The notes below the pieces were generated by a model. It saw only the letters and a list, made by a program, of their open reading frames with translations, did not search any database and had not been told where the DNA came from. This document shows, one piece after another, positions 58,067-64,000 of a DNA stretch of 64,000 nt. The position numbers and the translations under genes were made by a program. The DNA comes from Candidatus Omnitrophota bacterium. Its GTDB lineage: Bacteria; Omnitrophota; Gorgyraeia; B26-G9. The stretch's first letter is position 1. Every line of letters starts with the position of its first letter. Location: the NCBI GenBank assembly GCA_043806135.1, contig JAZDHG010000098.1, positions 1,660 to 65,659 of the forward strand. The letters run 5' to 3'.

Positions 58067-60013
58067 ATGTATATAGAAAAAAGAAAGTATATCCGTCTAA
58101 ATAAGGTTTTTCCCGTCGAATTACAGGTTCAAAACTCTGAAAACGAAACTCTTGATGACTTAATCCAGGGGTTTACCCGGGATGTAAGCTTGGAAGGCCT
58201 ATGTGTTCAGGTTAATGACTTTAGCAACGAAAACATAAAGGCGCTAAGAGAGAGAAAAGGCAAGGTTGTTGTCTTTTTAAACTTCCCTTTAAAGCGCTTT
58301 CCGATTAAGGCAGTTGCCAATGTTGCCTGGGTTAAAAAAGTGGCAAAGCCTTATCCGGAAAGCTGTCTGTTGGGACTGCACTACGAAGTGATCGATCCCA
58401 AGGAGCAAAAACGCATTATAAGTTTTGTGAAATACTGCAATGCTGTTCCCAGAATAGCCGGTTTGTTGATCTTGCTGCTGTTAGTTGTCTGTTCTGCTCT
58501 TGCACTTAAAAATCTCCAGCTCATTCATGATAATACAAAGCTTATTTACAATATTAGTAAATTCAGCAGAGAACAGTCGGATATAAACCAGGAACTCGAC
58601 ATGATCAAAACCGAAAAACAGGATTTGATCATGATGATGAAGAAAAGCGCAGCACAGGTAATTTTATTAAAAAAAGAACTTGCTGCTGTTGAGGCGGTAG
58701 CACAAAAGCAATGGAAGAAAAAAGACGGAGCGAACCTTGATATCTCCATGGAAGAGCGTAATAAACTTAATCTTGAATTAGTCCGGTTGATAGAAGAAAA
58801 TGCAGTTATGGAAAAGCGTCTGCATGAGCATGCCAACAGCCAGGAAAAGTTGAGATATCAACTAGAAGAAATTAAAAGAAAAAGAACAATTATCGACGAC
58901 AAAACACTTGAGCTAATGCGTCAGTGGCTAATCTCGTCCCAAAGCTCAAAGACAGGACTTGTCATCAGCTATGATGATGATTATGGATTCCAGGATGTAG
59001 GGTTTACTTATGATCAGGCTCTGAGCGCTTTCAATTTTATTAATTTTAAACAGTACAAAAACGCAAAAAGAATTTTTGAATTTTACAAATCCGAGGCCGT
59101 TAAAGTCAAAGAAGGATATGCAAATGCGTATGATGTGATAACCGGTAATGTCAGCGAATATATTGTTAACAGCGGTCCTTCAATTTACCTTGCTTTGGCA
59201 ATGCTCAGGTTTGAAGAGTTAACAGGTGATGACAGCTATCACAAAGTGGTTGAGGAAATAGGACAGTGGCTAATAAATCTTCAAAACGAGAAAAGCGATG
59301 GATCTTTGCCGGGAGGACCGCAGATGCAGTGGTCTGGAACTGAGCAAAATATTGCCGCGTATAGGTTTTTCGTCAAGCTCTTTAGCAGAACAAAAGACGC
59401 GCAGTATGATTTGGCGGCAAAAAAGATCCGCAGATGGCTCGGGATGCATGCTTATAACAAAAATCTGAAACGATTTAACCGGGGCGCAGGGGATCCAATG
59501 ATAGCAACAGATGCGATTGCTTTAAGTATTATGGGGTTGGGGCCGAAACTGCTTGAAGAGATGGGAGTTGATCTTGACCTTTTGGTCGCTTCTGTTGAAG
59601 AAAACTGTAAAACCAAAGTGCGGGTTGAGAATTTACTAGGAAAAAAAGCAGAAGTCAACGGATTTGATTTTTGTTCTCCCTCAAGTGTGGGCAGGAGCGG
59701 GGCGATTTCTGTAGAATGGACATCGCAAATGATAATTGCTTTTCAGATCCTAAGCAGGTTTTATCAAGAAGAGCAAATGATGCAAAAAGCAGATGATTAT
59801 AGGCGGAAGGCGGATTATTATCTGGGAGAGCTGGAAAAGCTGCTTATAATTCGGGCAAATTTCGGTATGCGCAAAGCTCATGCTGGATTGCCTTATGCAA
59901 GCAGCGGCGGGATTGATACCGGACATGGCTGGCATACTCCAAGTGATAGCTCGATATCTGCCGCGGGAACTAACTTTGCAATTTTTGCCAAAGAGGAGTA
60001 TAATATATTTTAG
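58067..60013 (+). CDS. PilZ-domain membrane protein with coiled coil and a C-terminal domain homologous to a segment of giant protein 1
   Basis: N-terminal PilZ motifs KRKYIRLNK and RDVSLEGLCV. TM helix IAGLLILLLLVVCSALAL, then a long coiled coil. The C-terminal segment (59010-59545: GFTYDQALSAF...LINLQNEKSDGSLPGGPQ...TEQNIAAYRFF...AAKKIRRWL...ATDAIALSIMGLGP) aligns with G1 nt 12520-13390. Confidence 0.55.
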   Translation: MYIEKRKYIRLNKVFPVELQVQNSENETLDDLIQGFTRDVSLEGLCVQVNDFSNENIKALRERKGKVVVFLNFPLKRFPIKAVANVAWVKKVAKPYPESCLLGLHYEVIDPKEQKRIISFVKYCNAVPRIAGLLILLLLVVCSALALKNLQLIHDNTKLIYNISKFSREQSDINQELDMIKTEKQDLIMMMKKSAAQVILLKKELAAVEAVAQKQWKKKDGANLDISMEERNKLNLELVRLIEENAVMEKRLHEHANSQEKLRYQLEEIKRKRTIIDDKTLELMRQWLISSQSSKTGLVISYDDDYGFQDVGFTYDQALSAFNFINFKQYKNAKRIFEFYKSEAVKVKEGYANAYDVITGNVSEYIVNSGPSIYLALAMLRFEELTGDDSYHKVVEEIGQWLINLQNEKSDGSLPGGPQMQWSGTEQNIAAYRFFVKLFSRTKDAQYDLAAKKIRRWLGMHAYNKNLKRFNRGAGDPMIATDAIALSIMGLGPKLLEEMGVDLDLLVASVEENCKTKVRVENLLGKKAEVNGFDFCSPSSVGRSGAISVEWTSQMIIAFQILSRFYQEEQMMQKADDYRRKADYYLGELEKLLIIRANFGMRKAHAGLPYASSGGIDTGHGWHTPSDSSISAAGTNFAIFAKEEYNIF

Positions 60014-62403
60014 TGCTTTTAGATTTAAAACATTTACCAAGGACGGTTAAAATTAAAGTGTTAGAATTATTAAATGCAAAAAGCATAAAAGTCTTTGATT
60101 TCTTCAGGCTTTATTTTCAAAATAAAGCACTCCGGTTTTTATTTCTAAATACATTATCTTTTCTTTTACTTCCTAAAAATAGTAAATATTTTCTTAAGCT
60201 TCTTTTTATTGTCTTCACCGGATTTTTCTTTTTATGTCTGTTGCTGCCAAATGGCCTTTATGCCCAGAATTATTCTGCGCAGCGGTATCCTGGATATGTC
60301 GATGAAGAAGATGAGGAAGAGGTTGCGGAGGAAGATGAATATGAGCCAACAGAACTTAGGGAGACGGTTGTAAAGGGAAGTTATCGTTTTAATTTTGGCG
60401 TTGAAGACAATGATTTTATCTGGAAAGATGCGAATTATCTTTTACAGGAAGGTTCGTGGAGATATTTTTTCGGCGAAAAACGCTATAATACTTATGATCC
60501 GGCCATTTATAATAATCTCAAGCTGACCATAGATTCTCCTTTAAATGAGAAATTGTCGTTTTACACAAAAATAGCGGTTGATCCCTGGTCTTTTGTAGGG
60601 AAATCAAAATTAACGACAATCCCCAGCTGGTATGGTACGACCAATGGTGATGACCCGGTTGAAATACAGTTAAAATACTGGTCTAATTCTGGCCGGCTCT
60701 ATCCGCAAATCGTGCGCTCGGAACAAGGAGACTCGTTTGCTTTGCCGGAGACAAAAGTTGTGGATGACTATACGCAGACGGATAGTGTGTTAAGTGACTG
60801 GGGAGGCGGGACGCACAGGCTCGATCTGCCAAGTTTAGAAATTGACCGCGAATTTAAACCGATAAGAGCTTTATGGTTTGATTTAAAAGAAGATGAATAC
60901 CGGGCCATCCTTTTCCTGTATGCTGAGGAAAACATTTCTATGTGGACGGATGATCCGCTATCGCTGGTCAATAATCATATTGTATGGGAGCCAAGTCCCT
61001 GGCTGAATATGTGGCAGAAAGGGAAACTTTATGGGGCAACAGGCTGGGAGAACGGCACATGGACATTCGACAGCCAACTGCGTGACAGTGAAAGTAACTG
61101 GCTTACACTGCTGCGCGCGTTTCGCTACGAGGGTGAAATCGCTTCGATATATACGGATTTTATGATCGCAGCGCCTATGGACCCATGGGATGATTATGAT
61201 CAGATTAATAATGTCCCAATGGCGGTGCGGTTTAAAAAGGGAATAACAGACTGGCTGACGCTTGGCTCAATCTATACCGCGCGCTGGGGATATGATCTGG
61301 GATCCTATGATGCCTTTGATCAGGCCATGGCCGTAGATAGCGTTGTTGCCGTGAACGAATACCATAATTTAAAACTTGAATATGCGGTTGCGATGACAAA
61401 GCATAATCTCAATGTTGAGGCCCAGAAGACCGCAGAGGATGACTCTGCCTATAAAATGGTAATAGAGAGTGATGTCAATCCATTTGACCTTGAAATAAAA
61501 TCAGACCTTAGCTTTTCCCGCATGGGCAGGGAATTTGAAGCGCCTTTGTCAAACTATACATATACACGTGATGACCTGGCGTGGGGAAGACACCTTTCTT
61601 TTTATAAACGCAGTAAAGAGGAAGAGATGTATCGTGTAGGAAACGGTCTTGATAAGGATAGGCAGGTAGCGGCCTGGGATGTATTCTTTGGCGGATATGA
61701 TGAGGCAGATGCTTATTTTAACTACCGCAATGTTAGAAACGCAACAGACAGCGGCTTTATTGAAAATGTTTTCCGCAATGAATTCTCTTATCAGTACAGT
61801 GATGAATTGTTTTATAAGTTATTGTTTTTGTATCACCAGAGAGATGAGACCGCAGATCATAAAAGCCAGGATACGTCAACAGTGTCTTTGGGATTTCAAT
61901 ATGATTTTTGCCAGTGGATAAGATGGGAGGAAATTTGGGAGAGAACTAATCAGTACCCGGATTATCCGGACAGGATTTATGACTGGCTGACGATCAACCC
62001 TGTGCCGCCTTATCCGAATTATTATATTGTTTCATCGCGACTGATACTTGTTCCCCGTGATTGGGTAGAGATATCTCTGGAAAACACCTACAATGAATTT
62101 GAGCACGCGACAACGCTGGATGATTTTATGAATTATTCAGGGACAACAATTCGTTTTTGGCCCAACCGCAAGTTATCTGCCAATGTGGTTTACCGCTACA
62201 GTAATGTCGCTGATTATCATAGAAATTATAAGAAAATCGGACATCATAATGTATACTTTGATTTTGCTTATGATATATTCAACGATGCCCGCGTCAAACT
62301 GCAATTCAGTGACCTCGGTACTTATATAGAGGGCAGCGGCTGGCAATCCTCAGTATTAGATACGCAGCATATTATACGTTTGATTTATGAAGGAAAATTT
62401 TAG
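60013..62403 (+). CDS. putative outer-membrane beta-barrel protein (true start probably internal, near nt ~60190)
   Basis: Signal-like segment KLLFIVFTGFFFLCLLLPNGLYAQ. Tyr/Trp/Asp/Gly-rich alternating composition. C-terminal ...YEGKF ends in an aromatic residue, as OMPs typically do. Confidence 0.45.
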   Translation: MLLDLKHLPRTVKIKVLELLNAKSIKVFDFFRLYFQNKALRFLFLNTLSFLLLPKNSKYFLKLLFIVFTGFFFLCLLLPNGLYAQNYSAQRYPGYVDEEDEEEVAEEDEYEPTELRETVVKGSYRFNFGVEDNDFIWKDANYLLQEGSWRYFFGEKRYNTYDPAIYNNLKLTIDSPLNEKLSFYTKIAVDPWSFVGKSKLTTIPSWYGTTNGDDPVEIQLKYWSNSGRLYPQIVRSEQGDSFALPETKVVDDYTQTDSVLSDWGGGTHRLDLPSLEIDREFKPIRALWFDLKEDEYRAILFLYAEENISMWTDDPLSLVNNHIVWEPSPWLNMWQKGKLYGATGWENGTWTFDSQLRDSESNWLTLLRAFRYEGEIASIYTDFMIAAPMDPWDDYDQINNVPMAVRFKKGITDWLTLGSIYTARWGYDLGSYDAFDQAMAVDSVVAVNEYHNLKLEYAVAMTKHNLNVEAQKTAEDDSAYKMVIESDVNPFDLEIKSDLSFSRMGREFEAPLSNYTYTRDDLAWGRHLSFYKRSKEEEMYRVGNGLDKDRQVAAWDVFFGGYDEADAYFNYRNVRNATDSGFIENVFRNEFSYQYSDELFYKLLFLYHQRDETADHKSQDTSTVSLGFQYDFCQWIRWEEIWERTNQYPDYPDRIYDWLTINPVPPYPNYYIVSSRLILVPRDWVEISLENTYNEFEHATTLDDFMNYSGTTIRFWPNRKLSANVVYRYSNVADYHRNYKKIGHHNVYFDFAYDIFNDARVKLQFSDLGTYIEGSGWQSSVLDTQHIIRLIYEGKF

Positions 62404-63107
62404 TGAACAGACTTTTAAAGCGCTCCGCTGTAACGCTTATCGAGCTGCTGGTTACTATGGGTATTCTTGTGCTTCTTGTGACCATCCTGTATTCCGTCTT
62501 TAATGTAACTCTTCGCGGCTGGCAAAAGTCTGATAATCTACTGCAGGTTACTACGGCTGCCCGGGTTGCTCTTGATCAAATGTCCAAAGAGATAGCAAGC
62601 TCTATTATAAAAGCAGGCAGTAACTCCTATTATTGCCTGGGGTTTGATAAGAGTTCAGGCAGCGGTTGGAGAACCGACAGTATTGGGGATGAGTTTTACT
62701 TTATTGCGCCTTTAAAACCCGGCAACACTGACGGAGGATCTGACCTGTGTGAAGTCGGATACTGGCTTGACGGGCAAGGCACGGCAGATACAAACGATGA
62801 TAGTCTGAGACGGTTTTATGTTACAGATACAAGGGACCAAGCAGGATCATTATTTGATTTTAATTTTTCCTCTCCATCCGGAAAGTCAAATTCGGATGAA
62901 TTTGTATTTAATGTTATTGGACTTGAATTTGAATTTTATAAAGCCGGGGATCCTACCCCCCAGAATACTTGGGATTCTACAACAGAAGGCGGTCCCCCGG
63001 CAAAGATAAAAATCCGCATAACCGTAGCCTTTGGTAAAGGCAACTCTTCTACTAATCCTGAATTTGCCAGTAAAATTTTCAGCACAGTTGTTTCCTTACC
63101 TCAATAG
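62403..63107 (+). CDS. prepilin-type N-terminal cleavage/methylation domain protein (type II secretion / type IV pilus pseudopilin-like)
   Basis: N-terminus MNRLLKRSAVTLIELLVTMGILVLLVTIL fits the class III signal (positive charge, TLIELLV with conserved Glu at +5). 234 aa. Confidence 0.6.
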   Translation: MNRLLKRSAVTLIELLVTMGILVLLVTILYSVFNVTLRGWQKSDNLLQVTTAARVALDQMSKEIASSIIKAGSNSYYCLGFDKSSGSGWRTDSIGDEFYFIAPLKPGNTDGGSDLCEVGYWLDGQGTADTNDDSLRRFYVTDTRDQAGSLFDFNFSSPSGKSNSDEFVFNVIGLEFEFYKAGDPTPQNTWDSTTEGGPPAKIKIRITVAFGKGNSSTNPEFASKIFSTVVSLPQ

Positions 63108-63307
63108 GTTATATCCAGGAGTAGTTATCCCAACCAACTTGTTTTTATAAAAAATTCCTCAAAAAATGTGTATAGTGGGATGATTATCCAATCTTTTTAT
63201 TGGAAACCTAACGTATTTATTTACAGCGAGTTAAAATTAAATACGCTGAGGGTCAAGAAGCAAAGCTTTTATGTTCTTTTTTATATAGCAGATACTAGGC
63301 GATTTGA

Positions 63308-63336
63308 TTGACAATCATGACCTTTTTTGTTATATT
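63308..63336 (+). promoter_or_regulatory. sigma70-like promoter TTGACA-17-TATATT upstream of the tandem inverted-repeat elements and the 63853 gene
   Basis: TTGACA at 63308-63313, 17-nt spacer, TATATT at 63331-63336. Confidence 0.45.
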
Positions 63337-63493
63337 ATTTTCAAATCAAAATAATCTAACTATTTATATTTACAATCTATTGCGATAAATTTTATTTTTG
63401 CAATTATGCTAAATTCATATAATAAAGAGAGCTATTTTAGTGAATGTTCGCGGTGTTCCTAGGCGCTGATACCTATTGTAGCCACTCCTGAAT

Positions 63494-63830
63494 ATTTGAT
63501 GGCACTGTTGAAAAACACACATCTGATGCGTTAAACGCTAGCTTACTTGTGCGGCGTACGACGAGTATGCCTCCGCGTTCGTTCCCGAATGCCTTGCCTG
63601 TGCCCAGAAGGGTACATCTGCACATTTTGTAACAGCGCCTTGATTGCCCCAGATGTAAACCAGGAAAGTTATCCCTATGTGTCTAATAGGGGGCTGTTGA
63701 AAAACACAGTTCTATACAGAACAGCGCAGATTAAAGATACGAGATAATCACAGATTATCGAAGAGCGATCTGCGATCATCAGTGAAACATCCGTGATCAT
63801 CTGCGCGGCTGTGTTGTTTTGTAACAGAGC
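63494..63830 (+). repeat. two tandem ~150-nt units each bounded by imperfect inverted repeats (ctgttgaaaaacaca ... tgttttgtaacag); candidate structured leader RNA or MITE-like pair
   Basis: ctgttgaaaaacaca at ~63497 and ~63683. ttttgtaacag(c/a)gcc at ~63625 and ~63815. The reverse complement of the 3' box resembles the 5' box. The unit interiors are GC-richer than their surroundings and contain internal hairpins. Confidence 0.4.
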
Positions 63831-63852
63831 CAATATATAAGGGTTCAAGATA

Positions 63853-64000
63853 ATGTACAAAGTTATTCTTACAGTTTTATCCAGCGCCTTCGTATTATGT
63901 TTATGGCTGCTGCCTGTTTTGGAAAAACTTGCCAAAAAAAAAGGTCTTATTACCCATGAATCTCCTGAAAAAATTGACAAAAGGAAAATCCCGTATATTG
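63853..64000 (+). CDS. 3'-truncated ORF, possible glycosyltransferase family 4 (WecA/MraY-like) N-terminus
   Basis: Open to the window end. N-terminal TM helix then ...LPVLEKLAKKKGLITHESPEKIDKRKIPYI loosely resembles the L..LA...GL.D.P..RK.H...P..GG entry motif of WecA/MraY enzymes. The match is weak. Confidence 0.3.
   Translation, partial: MYKVILTVLSSAFVLCLWLLPVLEKLAKKKGLITHESPEKIDKRKIPYI

Noticed and set aside
58940-59560. Assigning the shared G1/PilZ-protein domain to glycoside hydrolase family 8
   Set aside because: ATDANALAII / ATDAIALSIM resemble but do not satisfy the GH8 PROSITE signature (Asp at position 5 and Ile/Met at position 8 are missing), and no SEGQ acid motif was seen. Fold identity left open.
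63547-63747. 66-aa + strand ORF, and the 101-aa minus-strand ORF 63675-63980, across the tandem elements
   Set aside because: They overlap the repeat units and each other. No RBS. Arg/Cys-rich low-complexity translation. More likely non-coding leader RNA.
63494-63830. Possible CRISPR array suggested by the repeated ctgttgaaaaacaca / tttgtaacag boxes
   Set aside because: Only two units with ~186-nt periodicity. Boxes are imperfect and of unequal type at the two ends. No cas genes nearby. This does not fit repeat-spacer architecture.
551-63980. Roughly 90 minus-strand ORFs (60-207 aa) listed in the six-frame track
   Set aside because: All are nested inside long + strand ORFs that have strong domain evidence. 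None has a recognisable motif or RBS context. This is typical antisense noise in AT-rich DNA.
1-64000. tRNA, rRNA or tmRNA genes
   Set aside because: Scanned intergenic regions for T-loop (GTTCGAATC-like) and acceptor-stem patterns and for rRNA-like conserved blocks. None found.

Overview
This 64-kb window is low-GC bacterial DNA (about 38-40% GC by eye), and every supported gene lies on the + strand. The style resembles Omnitrophota or CPR-like genomes that carry giant genes, but no taxonomic search could be run here.

The first ~49 kb is an accessory-looking island built around three giant ORFs of 9129, 2509 and 1989 aa.

- **Giant protein 1** (27.4 kb) carries:
  - a signal-like leader;
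  - a complete SecA-type preprotein-translocase ATPase motor embedded at about aa 310-1000;
  - two M23 (LytM-type) peptidase modules, each followed by a LysM-like module;
  - about 9 divergent tandem repeats of ~110-130 aa;
  - a large polytopic membrane domain in the C-terminal third.
- **Giant protein 2** fuses a NodU/CmcH-type carbamoyltransferase, a radical-SAM core (CxxxCxxC) and a long beta-helix-like C-terminus.
- **Giant protein 3** has reiterated hydrophobic-helix+WAG modules, a DUF218 (SanA/ElyC/YdcF-like) domain and two tandem cupin-like domains.

G1, G3 and a 290-aa downstream protein share a conserved N-terminal leader of ~60 aa. Four units in the island (G1, G2 plus a small upstream ORF, a MntA/HepT type VII toxin-antitoxin pair, and G3) sit behind near-identical sigma70-like promoters of the form TTGnAn-17-TGgTATACT. 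Three of these promoters lie within a repeated intergenic element, and the two full copies are ~190 bp. A REP-associated tyrosine transposase (RAYT, IS200-like Y1 family) flanked by REP-like hairpins and a PilZ gene lie between G1 and G2.

The last ~14 kb looks like an ordinary glycan-utilisation and envelope neighbourhood. It holds a GPH/MFS sugar symporter behind a leader-peptide/terminator structure, two paralogous clan GH-A glycosidases, two paralogous secreted CBM-like proteins, a PilZ-membrane protein, an OMP-like protein, a pseudopilin and a truncated WecA/MraY-like gene preceded by two tandem inverted-repeat-bounded elements.

No rRNA, tRNA or CRISPR array was recognised.
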